From: an uncultured Acidobacteriota bacterium
GTDB lineage: Bacteria; Acidobacteriota; UBA6911
Assembly: GCA_963809485.1 (NCBI GenBank)
Contig: CAWEJX010000008.1
Span: 416,001-480,000, forward strand
DNA length: 64,000 nt
Direction of reading: 5' to 3'
In this document: positions 42,555 to 53,081 of the stretch, in pieces
Numbering within the stretch: the first letter of the stretch is position 1
Layout: the number at the start of each line of letters is the position of its first letter
Position numbers and translations under genes: made by a program
The notes under the pieces: model-generated
Told to the model about the DNA's origin: nothing
The model's database searches: none
What the model saw: only the letters and a program-made list of their open reading frames with translations

Positions 42555-43637
42555 ATGCGTAAGCGGCATCAAAAAGGCAGTTTGAAAATCAGAAACGGAA
42601 ACTGGATCGCCCAGTGGTGGCAGGAAGGACACCGTCGAAACAAAGTGCTCGGCAAAATCCGGAAGATAAGCAAATCGGAAGCTGAGGACAAGTTGGCGGA
42701 CATTCTTGCGCCCATCAACGGCGACCAGGATTTACCATCCAGCAAAACGAGCTTCGACGATTTCGTGAAGCAAGTCTACTTACCCTTCTATCGCCGGAAA
42801 TGGAAGAAGTCCACGGCAGGAACCAATGTGGACCGATTGGATCATCATCTTCTGTCCATTTTCACTGGACAGCCCCTCGCGGCTTTTGTCCGAGATGATT
42901 TGCAGAACTTCCTGGACAAGAAAGCGGCCGAAGGTCTGTCCTTCAGTACCATCGATCATCTTCGATGGGACCTAAAGCAGATATTCGAGATGGCAGTGCA
43001 CGAGGAATACCTAAGGAGGAATCCTGCGGCACTGTTATTTACGCCAAGGCAGGTCAGTTCCAGCCCAAAGGCGGTCATGACTTGGGGTGATGTGAAGTTA
43101 TTGTTTTTAACACTCGAGTCCAGAGAGCTTCTAGTTTGCATGCTTGCTACCACAGCCGGAATGCGTCCGGGAGAAATCTTTGGAATGAAGTGGAAGAATA
43201 TTGAACCAGATTCCATCGGCATTGAACAGCGGATCTACCGGGGGCGGCTGGATTCTCCAAAAACCGGCCGACGGAATGTCGCTCTTTCGGAACGGCTACA
43301 GGCGACTGTGGCACAATGGAGAGAACAATCCGGGTATCCCGGACCTGAAGAATGGGTATTCCCTTCCGAAAACCGGAAGACTCCCCTGGCAAAAGACAAT
43401 TGCTGGCATCGGGTGATCAAACCGAAGCTCAAGAAAGTCAACCTCGACTGGGTAAACTTCCAGGTTATGCGACGCACCCACGCTTCCCTGATGCGCGAAC
43501 TGGACGTAGATCCCAAGATCGTGGCGGACCAACTTGGCCATTCTGTTGATGTGAATCTCAACGTCTATACCAAAACTGGCTTGGGTCTTCGGAAAAAGGC
43601 TATGGATGCGATGGAAACGGCGCTTTCAGGGGCTTAA
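42555..43637 (+). CDS. Tyrosine recombinase/integrase
   Basis: TAGMRPGEIFG (R), SPKT (K), FQVMRRTHAS, QLGH, NVY (catalytic Tyr); ends next to the tRNA. Confidence 0.93.
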   Translation: MRKRHQKGSLKIRNGNWIAQWWQEGHRRNKVLGKIRKISKSEAEDKLADILAPINGDQDLPSSKTSFDDFVKQVYLPFYRRKWKKSTAGTNVDRLDHHLLSIFTGQPLAAFVRDDLQNFLDKKAAEGLSFSTIDHLRWDLKQIFEMAVHEEYLRRNPAALLFTPRQVSSSPKAVMTWGDVKLLFLTLESRELLVCMLATTAGMRPGEIFGMKWKNIEPDSIGIEQRIYRGRLDSPKTGRRNVALSERLQATVAQWREQSGYPGPEEWVFPSENRKTPLAKDNCWHRVIKPKLKKVNLDWVNFQVMRRTHASLMRELDVDPKIVADQLGHSVDVNLNVYTKTGLGLRKKAMDAMETALSGA

Positions 43638-43688
43638 TGGAGTATATCGGAGTACGGATTTAAGTGGCTGGCTGTAAGTTGTTGATTT
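43633..43688. promoter_or_regulatory. Arm-type repeats and IHF site of the att region
   Basis: ggagtata/ggagtacg pair; minus strand AATCAACAACTTA matches the IHF consensus. Confidence 0.65.
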
Positions 43689-43690
43689 TA

Positions 43691-43765
<75 letters not shown>

Positions 43766-44303
43766 TCATATTACTACATGATTTAAAATAGCTTACAGCG
43801 CGAACTGATATTTTGTGCCACAGTACGTGCAACAAATCGGATTCAGAGCATCTCGGATGCCTTCGATAATTGCTGCACAACTGTTGCACGCCAGTTTCGC
43901 ATGTCGCTCAATTTAGCTTTACTTGCAGCTTTTTGCAAGGGGCAAACCAAATGAGTTCGCCAAGGGGCCCAATAAATTTCTTCCCCGGCTGGATTACTTG
44001 AGTTCATCTCTGCCCAAATCCTCCCGGGATCGCAGGCTTTATGATCCTATCAAAAAAACATTATCAAGCTTAAGCCGCAAAATAATCGCAGCTTTAAAAA
44101 ATACTTCCTGTATCAGGCCGTCGTTTGTGTCTGATATAAAGCATAATGAAATCAATTCTTGATTTTCAGGCGGCAGGCGGTGGGCGCGCGGCATATCGCG
44201 GCAAATACTTCCGTCGAACCCTTTCGCGGGTTGGGACGCAAGCACCTGCATGGATGCTGACTTGTCAGCCGAAGCCATGGCGAAGGCTGAAGCCTTCGAT
44301 TTG

Positions 44304-44420
44304 GGTACACCGCTCGGGAATATTGCCACGCGCTATCGTGCGCTTCTAAATGAATATTCCCGAACGGTAAAATAGTGTTTGACGGATCGCCAAGAACGTG
44401 AGATATTACCGCTCGGGAAC
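44304..44420 (+). promoter_or_regulatory. hipBA promoter with three operator-like palindromes
   Basis: ACACCGCTCGGGAA, TTCCCGAACGGTAA and TTACCGCTCGGGAA; TTGACG-17 bp-GATATT. Confidence 0.65.
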
Positions 44421-44421
44421 T

Positions 44422-44661
44422 ATGAAGATGAAAAACACAGAACAGCTCGGAACGGCGATCCGAATGCGGCGGAAGCAGCTGAAGATCACCCAGAAAGAAC
44501 TGGCCATGACCTGCGGAACGGGGCTGCGATTCATCGTCGATCTGGAGAAGGGAAAGCCCACCTGCCAGATAGGCAAGACACTACAAGTCCTGCAAGCGCT
44601 GGGGCTTGCCATCGAAACGACGATTCTCGGCAGCGATGAGACGGGAGGCAAGAGGTCATGA
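44422..44661 (+). CDS. hipB: HipB-like XRE antitoxin
   Basis: IRMRRKQLKITQKELA..GTGLRFIVDLEKGKPT; ATGA overlap with hipA. Confidence 0.85.
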   Translation: MKMKNTEQLGTAIRMRRKQLKITQKELAMTCGTGLRFIVDLEKGKPTCQIGKTLQVLQALGLAIETTILGSDETGGKRS

Positions 44662-45902
44662 AACGGCTGATTGTCTATTTGAATGGCGAACGGGCGGGCA
44701 TCCTGGATGAGGATGACAGTGGACTTCTCGAGTTTCGATATGCCCCGGAATGGACAGGCAGGCCGGATGCCATACCTCTATCTCGGTCGCTGCCGCTGCA
44801 GGACGAACCGTTCCGGGGAAAACATGCGCGTCCCTTCTTCGCCGGTATTCTCCCCGATGAGGGACCAAGGCAGCAGATCGCGGCCATTCTAGGAATTAGC
44901 GAGCGCAACGATTTCGCCATGCTGGAACGTATCGGCGGCGAATGCGCGGGTGCCGTCAGCCTGCTGCCGGAAGACGCGCCCCCTCCTCCCGTGGGCGAAA
45001 CGCGTGTTCGGGAACTGAGCGAGAAAGAGTTGGGAAACATCGTCGCGGAACTGCCACGCCGCCCGCTGATGGCGGGGTGCGATGGACTGAGGCTTTCGCT
45101 GGCCGGATCGCAGTCGAAGCTGCCGGTCTTGATTTGGGATGCTGCCATCGCGCTGCCTCTCGGCAACACTCCAAGCACGCATATCATCAAACCGGAACCC
45201 GTGCGATTCCCCGGATTGGTGGCCACCGAGGTTCTCTGTATGACGCTGGCCGGAGCGGTCGGTTTGAATGTTCCTCCGGTATCCATTCGCCCAGTCTGCA
45301 ACCAGCCGTGCATCGTCGTCCAGCGATACGACCGCAACATCGGCGCGAACCGCTCCGTCACGCGCGTTCATCAGGAGGACTTCTGCCAGGCACTTGGATT
45401 CCCCCCCGAGCGCAAGTACCAACAGGAAGGTGGCCCGCTGCTTCGCGACTGCATAGGCCTGCTCCGCGAGTGGTCCACCGTCGCGGCCCTGGATATCCGG
45501 GATTTCCTTGATGGCCTGATCTTCAATGTGCTGATCGGGAATGCTGATGCGCACGGTAAGAACTACTCGATCCTCTATCGCAGGACCGAACGAAGGCTTG
45601 CGCCCTTCTACGATCTGGTTTGCACGCTGGCTTGGCCGGAATTGTCCAAGACTCCAGCCATGAAGATCGGGAAGAGCGACTCCATCGAGAGAATCACGCC
45701 CGCGCACTGGCAGAAGATGGCCCAGGAATGCCGTGTGGGTTGGCCCATGCTGCGCGAACGGATCGCCGACCTGTGCGGCAAGGTCGTCGATGGACTGCAG
45801 AACAAAGACCTTCTAGCCGCCACCGGCGATCTCACAATGGCCGAACGCGTGGCCGGCATCATCCAGGAGCGGGCAGCATCGCTTCTACGGAGCCTGAAAT
45901 AA
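44658..45902 (+). CDS. hipA: HipA serine/threonine kinase toxin
   Basis: LSRSLPL, LPDEG, LSLAGSQSK, RYDR, HQEDFCQALG, GNADAHGKNYS, LAPFYDL. Confidence 0.93.
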   Translation: MKRLIVYLNGERAGILDEDDSGLLEFRYAPEWTGRPDAIPLSRSLPLQDEPFRGKHARPFFAGILPDEGPRQQIAAILGISERNDFAMLERIGGECAGAVSLLPEDAPPPPVGETRVRELSEKELGNIVAELPRRPLMAGCDGLRLSLAGSQSKLPVLIWDAAIALPLGNTPSTHIIKPEPVRFPGLVATEVLCMTLAGAVGLNVPPVSIRPVCNQPCIVVQRYDRNIGANRSVTRVHQEDFCQALGFPPERKYQQEGGPLLRDCIGLLREWSTVAALDIRDFLDGLIFNVLIGNADAHGKNYSILYRRTERRLAPFYDLVCTLAWPELSKTPAMKIGKSDSIERITPAHWQKMAQECRVGWPMLRERIADLCGKVVDGLQNKDLLAATGDLTMAERVAGIIQERAASLLRSLK

Positions 45903-45985
45903 ACACTGCTGCATCGCCGGTAGTAAAAGGTCGGATCACCAGCCTTTTGGTTCGTATCATTAATTTCTCCGAAATATATTGAATC

Positions 45986-46590
45986 TCATGGCATAACATC
46001 ACGGCTAAGGCGCACGGTTTGACGCATCGCCTCCAGCCGATTGTCGGCAATTCCCTTCCCCTTCATGGTCCGCACAACCTTCATCCCGAGCTCACGGCAA
46101 GCCGTCAGGACTTCCGGCATCTCTGTCACCTTGCCTTTCTGATAGACAGACGCACGCACATCACCAAGGTATGTTCCCTGCAAAACCTCTACCGTGAGCT
46201 TCATCGGCTCAATCACCCAGTCGCCGTGTCGTGTTTCCGGGCGACCATACGCACAGAGGACAACGTGGCCCTTCCCTCGGAACCGATCTCGGTAGTCCGG
46301 ATGGTTAAAATAGGATGACATGCGGTCGAGGAAGCATTTCATCTGGGCCGATGCGCCCTGCCAATACACTGGAGTGGACCACACCACGATATCAGCGATC
46401 AGGAAGCGCTCAAGAAGCGCCGGGAAATCATCATCTTTCCGGGGATCATCCCTCGTCCGGGTGTTGTCAGCTACATCGCCAACAGGGCGAATCCAATGAT
46501 CGTCCAAGTATATCTTGTCGACGGTAGCCCCGATCGACCTGGCTCCTTCCAGCACCTCGTCGGCCATGATATCCGTATTCCCCTTCTTCA
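45986..46590 (-). pseudogene. Flavodoxin-fold (NADPH-dependent FMN reductase-like) protein with a damaged 5' end
   Basis: KKGNTDIMADEVLEGA, KDD, STPVYW..SAQMKCFLDR. The expected N-terminal GSP segment and start codon are not in frame. Confidence 0.6.
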
Positions 46591-46835
46591 GGAACCAGAA
46601 TGAATCAAGCCTGTGCGGGTGCTTTACAATATCCGTTCAGGCTGCGTATAGTGTGAAATCAGGAGCCGGACGGAAGGATTCGTGATCTGAAAGGCAATTT
46701 ATCCCGCCTATCCCCAGGTAGGAAAAAGCCCGCAAATCCGGAACAACCTGCAGCTTCACAAAATGGCCGATTGACTCCTGTTTTGGGCAAACTATCCTAT
46801 AATGGGCATTACAATGATCCGGAGGAAGATCTGCC

Positions 46836-49418
46836 ATGAAACCAGCTTACACATTTACCGTTATTCCCAGGCTCCCCGCTTCCCTGGAACGCCTGCGCGA
46901 ACTCGCCCATAACATCCGCTGGGCCTGGAACCACGACACGATTGCCCTGTTCCGCCGACTCGACAGCGATCTCTGGGAAACAAGCGGACACAATCCCGTG
47001 CGCATGCTGGGGACCGTCGACCAGAAACGCCTGGAGGAATCGGCAGCCGATGAGTCGTTCATGGCTCATTTCGAGCGCGTCCTGGAAGACTTCGACGCCT
47101 ACCTCAAGAACGAATCCAACTGGTTCCGCAAAACTCACAGCGAGGCCGGCAACGCATTGGTAGCCTACTTCTCCGCGGAGTTCGGCTTGACCGAATGCCT
47201 GTCCATTTTTGCCGGCGGCCTGGGAATCCTGGCCGGCGATCACCTGAAATCCGCCAGCGACCTGGGAATTCCGCTGGTCGGGGTCGGCCTCCTTTATCAG
47301 CAAGGCTACTTCCGCCAGTACCTGAATGCGGCCGGATGGCAGCAGGAGGACTACGAGGACAACGACTTCCATACCATACCCACGGCTCTGGTGCGCAAAC
47401 CCGATGGCTCTCCGCTGACCATTGAGATCGCCTACCCCGATGGAAAGGTTGTCGCGCAGATCTGGCGCATCGTGGCGGGCCGCGTTTCACTCTATCTCCT
47501 GGATACCAACCTTCCGCTAAATGCCCGCAGCGAAGACCGCGACATTACGGACCAGCTTTACGGTGGAAATCTCAACAACCGCATACGCCAGGAGATCCTG
47601 CTGGGTATCGGCGGATGCCGGGCGCTTGAAGCCCTGAATATCCACCCCACCGCCTATCACATGAATGAGGGACATTCCGCTTTTCTTTCGCTCGAGTTAA
47701 CGCGACGTCTGATGGAAAAGCATTCCATCTCGTTTGCCGAAGCCAGGCAGCTGGCATCTGCGGCGCTGGTCTTTACCACCCACACGCCCGTGGCGGCCGG
47801 ACATGACTATTTCTCCCCGGAGCTTATGGACCGGCATTTCTCCGATTACATCACGAGGCTTCGCATCAGCCGCAGCGAATTCCTGGCGCTGGGCCGCCTG
47901 AACCCTGCCAACGAAACCGAAGATTTCTGCATGACCATACTGGCTCTGCGCATGGCCGCCTTCAGCAACGGGGTCAGCCGCCTGCACGGACAGGTCAGCC
48001 GCCGCCTGTGGCGTGATATCTGGCCGAATGTGCCCGATGTCGAGGTCCCCATCCTGCACGTCACCAATGCCGTCCATTTCCAGTCCTGGATCTCGCAGGA
48101 GATGAACCAGCTCTATGAGCGCTACCTTGGCCCCAGCTGGCGGGAGCAACCGGCCGAGCAGAGCGTGTGGCGGCGGGTCGAGTCCATGGCGGCCGAGGAG
48201 CTGTGGCATACCCACGAGCGAAGGCGCGAAAGGCTCGTCTCGTTTGCCCGCAAGCGCCTGCGCGACCAGCTGCAGCGGCGCAGCGCGTCCCAATCGGACA
48301 TCGAGGCCGCCGAAGACGCCCTCGATCCCGAAACTCTGACCATAGGATTCGCGCGCCGCTTCGCGACTTACAAACGAGGCACTCTGCTTCTGCGTGATAA
48401 GAACCGTCTGGCAAACCTTCTCAACGATCCCAAGCGGCCGGTACAGATCATCTACGCCGGGAAAGCGCACCCCCGCGACGATGCCGGCAAGGAGCTGATC
48501 CAGCAGATTGCGTCGCTGGCGCGCGAGCCCAGGTTTCGCCGCCGTATGGTGTTTTTGGAAGACTACGACCTGAGCGTCGCCCGGTACCTCGTCCAGGGAG
48601 TTGATGTCTGGCTGAACACCCCTCTTAGGCCCAATGAAGCCAGCGGCACGAGCGGGATGAAGGCCCTCGCCAACGGCGTCCTCAACCTGAGCACCCTCGA
48701 TGGCTGGTGGGATGAGGCCTATCTTGCAGGCAGTAAGGATGGATCCCTTATCGGTTGGGCAATCGGCAAAGGCGAATCCTACGCCGACCGCAATTATCAG
48801 GACCAGGTTGAAATGGAAGCCCTGTACGACATCCTCGAACGCGACGTGATCCCTGCCTTCTACGAGCGGCGGGCGGACGGCCTTCCCCGCCGGTGGATTT
48901 CGCATATGAAGGCCTCCATCGCGCATTTATGCCCCACCTTCAACACCAACCGGATGCTCCGCGAATATACCGAGCGGTTCTACCTCGAGGCGCACGCCGA
49001 CCATCAGCGTCTCGCAGCCGACGGCGCAGCGCTGGCCAAAGCCCTGGCCGCATCTATGGCGCGGATACGCGCCGCCTGGAGCCAGGTCCGCATCACAATG
49101 CTGGACTCGGAACTACCCGCGGAAATCCAGATGGGAGAAGGCGTCCGCTTCCGGGCCCTGGTCCAGCCCGGATTGCTGGCGCCTGAGGATCTCAGGGTGG
49201 AACTCTATGCAGGCCGCCTGGATGCGGACGGCGAAATCGTTGAGCCCGTGGTCACCGAGATGAAGGCAGCAAGCCGCGAAAAGGGTGGCTACCTGTACGA
49301 AGCCCAGGCGATCCCCTGCTGCGGGAGCGGACGCCATGGCTACACCGCGCGCGTGCTGCCGCGGCATGCCGATCTGAAGAATCCTTTCGTGCCGGGATTG
49401 ATAACCTGGGCGAACTGA
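46836..49418 (+). CDS. glgP: Alpha-glucan (glycogen) phosphorylase
   Basis: AYFSAEFG, GGLGILAGD, HMNEGH, ARRFATYKR, EASGTSGMK (PLP lysine). Confidence 0.95.
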   Translation: MKPAYTFTVIPRLPASLERLRELAHNIRWAWNHDTIALFRRLDSDLWETSGHNPVRMLGTVDQKRLEESAADESFMAHFERVLEDFDAYLKNESNWFRKTHSEAGNALVAYFSAEFGLTECLSIFAGGLGILAGDHLKSASDLGIPLVGVGLLYQQGYFRQYLNAAGWQQEDYEDNDFHTIPTALVRKPDGSPLTIEIAYPDGKVVAQIWRIVAGRVSLYLLDTNLPLNARSEDRDITDQLYGGNLNNRIRQEILLGIGGCRALEALNIHPTAYHMNEGHSAFLSLELTRRLMEKHSISFAEARQLASAALVFTTHTPVAAGHDYFSPELMDRHFSDYITRLRISRSEFLALGRLNPANETEDFCMTILALRMAAFSNGVSRLHGQVSRRLWRDIWPNVPDVEVPILHVTNAVHFQSWISQEMNQLYERYLGPSWREQPAEQSVWRRVESMAAEELWHTHERRRERLVSFARKRLRDQLQRRSASQSDIEAAEDALDPETLTIGFARRFATYKRGTLLLRDKNRLANLLNDPKRPVQIIYAGKAHPRDDAGKELIQQIASLAREPRFRRRMVFLEDYDLSVARYLVQGVDVWLNTPLRPNEASGTSGMKALANGVLNLSTLDGWWDEAYLAGSKDGSLIGWAIGKGESYADRNYQDQVEMEALYDILERDVIPAFYERRADGLPRRWISHMKASIAHLCPTFNTNRMLREYTERFYLEAHADHQRLAADGAALAKALAASMARIRAAWSQVRITMLDSELPAEIQMGEGVRFRALVQPGLLAPEDLRVELYAGRLDADGEIVEPVVTEMKAASREKGGYLYEAQAIPCCGSGRHGYTARVLPRHADLKNPFVPGLITWAN

Positions 49419-49489
49419 CAAAACGATGCGGTTGGAAATAAAGGTGAGTTCAAAGGATTTGCACGCGGAGACGCGGGGCCCACGGAGTC

Positions 49490-49731
49490 AGTCAGGTGCT
49501 TCCGGCAAAGCCGGAGGCTGGAAAGATTTGAACCGCTCAAAGCGGTTGGAGGAGTTACGCCGGTCTTGAACGCTGACTTACGCGGGCAAAAGCCGATGAG
49601 GCGCTTCCGATCCCCGCCGAACAAATCGGCGTTTGTCAGCGCTTTTATCAGCGTTTCTCAGCGTTTTAAAATGCGGAGCTGTCAAACTCTTTGAGTCTCC
49701 CGGAAGAGCCGAGGGTTTACCAATGTAATTA
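49490..49731. mobile_element. Non-autonomous IS200/IS605-type element, copy 2
   Basis: Same ends and core as 14635-15037 but lacks the inner nested hairpin block. Confidence 0.75.
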
Positions 49732-49776
49732 CCCTGCTTGCTGGCCAGGACGGTTCTCCGGAACCGTCCGGCCCAG

Positions 49777-50745
49777 TTAAAACATTTCGGTGCGCCACAA
49801 ATCGTGGACGTGCACGACGCCGATCACGATTCTTTCCGGATCAACCACGACCAGGCTGGTGATTTTCATCTTTTCCATTTTCGCCAGCGCGACGGTCGCC
49901 AGTTCATGCTCCCCGATCGTCTTCGGTTCCTTCGTCATAGCCTGCCCCGCCAGCAGCTTCAGCGGGTCCGGAGACTTCTGAAGCAGCCGTCTCAGGTCTC
50001 CATCGGAGATCACCCCCGCTAAAACGCCGCGATCATCGGTGACGGCCGTCATTCCCAGGCTCTTGCGGGACATTTCATAAATGACATCCGGCATGGGAGT
50101 GGACTCCAGGACACGAGGAATGGATTCCCCACGGTGCATCAGCTCGCCCACCCGAAGGAGCTTTTTGCCGATGCTCCCAGCCGGGTGAACGGACGCAAAA
50201 TCCTCCCTGCCGAATCCCTTCCGCTCCATCAGGGTGATCGCCAGCGCATCGCCCATCGCCAGCGCCGCAGCGGTGCTGGTAGTCGGAGCCAGGCCGAAAG
50301 GACACGCTTCTTCGGCAACACTCACATCCAGGAAAACATCCGCATCCCGCGCGAGGGTGGATTCCCTCTCGCCCGTCATTGCGATCACCGGCAGTTCCAG
50401 GCGTTTCGCCACATTCAGGACCTGAAGAAGCTCGAAGGTCTCGCCGCTCTTGGAAATGGCCAGAATGACATCGTCCCGGCGAAGCAGCCCTACGTCGCCG
50501 TGGAGGGCATCGGCCGCATGAAGGAAGATCGCCGGCGAACCGGTGCTGCTGAGGGTCGCCGCAATTTTCTTGCATATGATTCCCGATTTGCCCAGTCCGG
50601 TGACGGCGATTTTGCCGCTGCAGGCCGCAGCAATATCCAGGGCGCGCAGGAAAGGAGCGCCAATGCGTCCCGTGAGGTTTCGGATGGCTTCCGCTTCGGT
50701 CTCAAGAACCCGTATCGCGGTTTCCACGGCGGATGAACCGTTCAT
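49777..50745 (-). CDS. kdsD: Arabinose-5-phosphate isomerase (KpsF/GutQ; SIS + CBS domains)
   Basis: TGLGKSG, HGDVG, ISKSGET, EACPFGLAPTTST, HPAGSIG, CBS pair. Confidence 0.93.
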   Translation of the reverse strand: MNGSSAVETAIRVLETEAEAIRNLTGRIGAPFLRALDIAAACSGKIAVTGLGKSGIICKKIAATLSSTGSPAIFLHAADALHGDVGLLRRDDVILAISKSGETFELLQVLNVAKRLELPVIAMTGERESTLARDADVFLDVSVAEEACPFGLAPTTSTAAALAMGDALAITLMERKGFGREDFASVHPAGSIGKKLLRVGELMHRGESIPRVLESTPMPDVIYEMSRKSLGMTAVTDDRGVLAGVISDGDLRRLLQKSPDPLKLLAGQAMTKEPKTIGEHELATVALAKMEKMKITSLVVVDPERIVIGVVHVHDLWRTEMF

Positions 50746-51566
50746 GAGATCCTCCGAAGCGAGCTGCGGATCTTGAGGATGTCTTCGACCAGTTGCGGAA
50801 ACATTTTCAGGTTGAGCGCATTGGGCCCGTCCGAAAGGGCCTTCGACGGATCGTCATGCACCTCGAAAAAAAAACCGTCCACCCCGGCCGCGGCGCCGGC
50901 GCGCGCCAGGTATGGGATGAAACGGGCATCGCCCCCGGACCGGTCGCCCTGCCCACCCGGCGCCTGCACGCTGTGCGTCACATCGAAAACCACAGGCTGC
51001 CCGAACGATCGCATAATCACGAACGACCGGAAGTCGACCACAAGATTGTTGTATCCGAAGGAAGCTCCCCTCTCCGTAAGCAGGAGGTTGCGGTTGCCCG
51101 TTGCCCGGGCCTTTTCCAGCACCTTGCTCATCTCCTGGGGAGAGAGAAACTGCCCCTTCTTCAGGTTCACACAGAGGCCTGTCGCTGCCGCCGCCTGCAC
51201 CAGATCAGTCTGGCGGCAGAGAAATGCGGGGATCTGAATCGCGTCCAGGACGTCCGCCGCCGAAGGAACCTGGGATTTCTCATGAACGTCGCTCAGGACC
51301 GGAAGACCGCTTGCCTCGCGGGCTTTTTCGAGAATGCGCAGGCCCTCCTCCAGCCCCGGCCCCCGGAAGGACCCGGCGGAAGTCCGGTTGGCCTTGTCGT
51401 ACGAGGCTTTGAATATCAAATCGATCTTCAGCCGCGACGCAACGCCGGCCAGCCGCTCGGCCATCTTGAGACAATGTCTTTCACTTTCGATGACGCACGG
51501 GCCGGCGATGAAAAAAGGCCGGGAGCGGTTACCGATCCTGTAGGATCCAACTTTCACCGATTGCAT
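50742..51566 (-). CDS. kdsA: KDO-8-phosphate synthase
   Basis: IAGPCVIES, KASYDKANRTS, QIPAFLCRQTDL, KKGQF, DVTHS, SDGPN. Confidence 0.96.
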   Translation of the reverse strand: MQSVKVGSYRIGNRSRPFFIAGPCVIESERHCLKMAERLAGVASRLKIDLIFKASYDKANRTSAGSFRGPGLEEGLRILEKAREASGLPVLSDVHEKSQVPSAADVLDAIQIPAFLCRQTDLVQAAAATGLCVNLKKGQFLSPQEMSKVLEKARATGNRNLLLTERGASFGYNNLVVDFRSFVIMRSFGQPVVFDVTHSVQAPGGQGDRSGGDARFIPYLARAGAAAGVDGFFFEVHDDPSKALSDGPNALNLKMFPQLVEDILKIRSSLRRIS

Positions 51567-51604
51567 GCTTCCCTTCTCCTGCCCGATCCGCCCAATCGCG
51601 GTTT

Positions 51605-51863
51605 GTCAGGCATCTCCGGCAAAGCCGGAGGCTTGAAGGATTGGAACCGCTCAAAGCGGTTGGAGGAGTTACGCCAATCTTGAACGCTGACTTGCGCGGG
51701 CAAGAGCCGATGAGGTGCTTCCGATTGGCCTTTGCTCGCCGACCCTCGCCGACCAAATCGGCGTTTGTCGGCGCTTTGGTCAGCGTATCTCAGCGTTTCA
51801 AAATATCGAGCCGTCAAACTCTATGAGTCCCCCGGAAGAGCCGGGGGTTTACCAATAGAATTA
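51605..51863. mobile_element. Non-autonomous IS200/IS605-type element, copy 3
   Basis: gtcaggcatctccggcaaagccggaggcttga...gagtcccccggaagagccgggggtttaccaat. Confidence 0.75.
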
Positions 51864-51878
51864 TAAACCCGGTCAAAA

Positions 51879-51941
51879 AAAACGCCACGAATTCCACGGA
51901 TCGAAAATCGATATCCCGACCCGCGGAATTCGTGGCGTTTG
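51879..51941 (-). terminator. Terminator hairpin downstream of the KamA-like gene
   Basis: aaacgccacgaattcc...ggaattcgtggcgttt, followed on the minus strand by a T-run. Confidence 0.65.
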
Positions 51942-51967
51942 GGGAGTGGACCGGAATCCCGCAGCGA

Positions 51968-53062
51968 CTAGAAATTGATCAGCTCGATCTCGCGCGTATC
52001 CTTCACGTATTGCTGGTTGGTTTGCGGATAGCAATACTGCTTGCCTTCGAAGTTGCGCAGGATAATCTCCTTTTCGTCGAAATGCACAACGTAATCCGGC
52101 ATGAGCGGTATTTTCCCCCCTCCGCCCGGAGCGTCGATCACGAATTGAGGCACGGCGAACCCTGTCGTATAACCGCGCAGCGCCTGCATGATCTCCAGGC
52201 CCGTCTCCACCCGCGTCCGGAAGTGATTGGTCCCCCTCGTGAGATCCGCCTGGTACAGGTAGTAGGGGCGCACGCGCATCATGAGCAGCTTGTGCATCAG
52301 TTCCTTCAGAACGGCCGGGTCGTCGTTGACGCCCTTCATGAGAACCGTCTGGCAGCCGAGCGGTATCCCGGCGTTTGCCAGGCGTTCGCAGGCTTCCTTC
52401 GACTGGGCCGTGACTTCGCGCGGATGGTTGAAATGCGTGTTGATGAAAATAGGATGATACTTCTTGAGCATAGTGCACAGGGAGTCCGTGATGCGGCTCG
52501 GCAGCACGCAGGGGAACCTTGTCCCTATGCGAATGATCTCCACATGGCGGATGGCGCGCAGGCTGGAGATAATGCGCTCGAGTTTGCGGTCGCTCACCAT
52601 CAGCGGGTCACCGCCCGACAGCAGGACATCCCGTATTTCCGTGTGGCTCCGGATGTAGTCGATTCCCATGGCGATGGTCTTTTCGGAAATCGCGCTGGTC
52701 TGGCCCACCATTCGCTTGCGGGTGCAGAACCGGCAATACATCGGGCAGCGATCGGTGATCAGCAGCAGAACGCGATCGGGGTACCGATGCGTCAGCCGCG
52801 GAACCGGGCTGTCTTCTTCCTCGTGCAGCGGATCCTCGGGAGAGCTCTTGTCCATCAGTTCGTTTACGGACGCGACCGACTGCATCCAGATCGGGTCCCC
52901 CTTCTCCCGGATCAGGCTGTAATAGTACCGGGGAATTCTCATCGGGTACACGCTGCATACCGCGTCGATTTCCCCGGGGTCCGCCGCGTAATCCCCGGCG
53001 ATCACTTCGCCCTGCGTCACGCTGTTTCGCAAATCAATCGTCCACTGCTCCATTCGTTCCAT
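51968..53062 (-). CDS. KamA-family radical SAM/PLP amino-acid 2,3-aminomutase
   Basis: LTHRYPDRVL, CPMYCRFCTRKR, LLSGGDPL, HFNHPRE, DAPGGGGKIP (PLP lysine). Confidence 0.92.
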   Translation of the reverse strand: MERMEQWTIDLRNSVTQGEVIAGDYAADPGEIDAVCSVYPMRIPRYYYSLIREKGDPIWMQSVASVNELMDKSSPEDPLHEEEDSPVPRLTHRYPDRVLLLITDRCPMYCRFCTRKRMVGQTSAISEKTIAMGIDYIRSHTEIRDVLLSGGDPLMVSDRKLERIISSLRAIRHVEIIRIGTRFPCVLPSRITDSLCTMLKKYHPIFINTHFNHPREVTAQSKEACERLANAGIPLGCQTVLMKGVNDDPAVLKELMHKLLMMRVRPYYLYQADLTRGTNHFRTRVETGLEIMQALRGYTTGFAVPQFVIDAPGGGGKIPLMPDYVVHFDEKEIILRNFEGKQYCYPQTNQQYVKDTREIELINF

Positions 53063-53081
53063 GTGCGGACTTGTCTCCTTG

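Noticed and set aside
51968-53062. EpmB (EF-P modification) or lysine-fermentation kamA
   Set aside because: No efp/epmA or kamDE/kdd neighbours in the window; substrate left unassigned.
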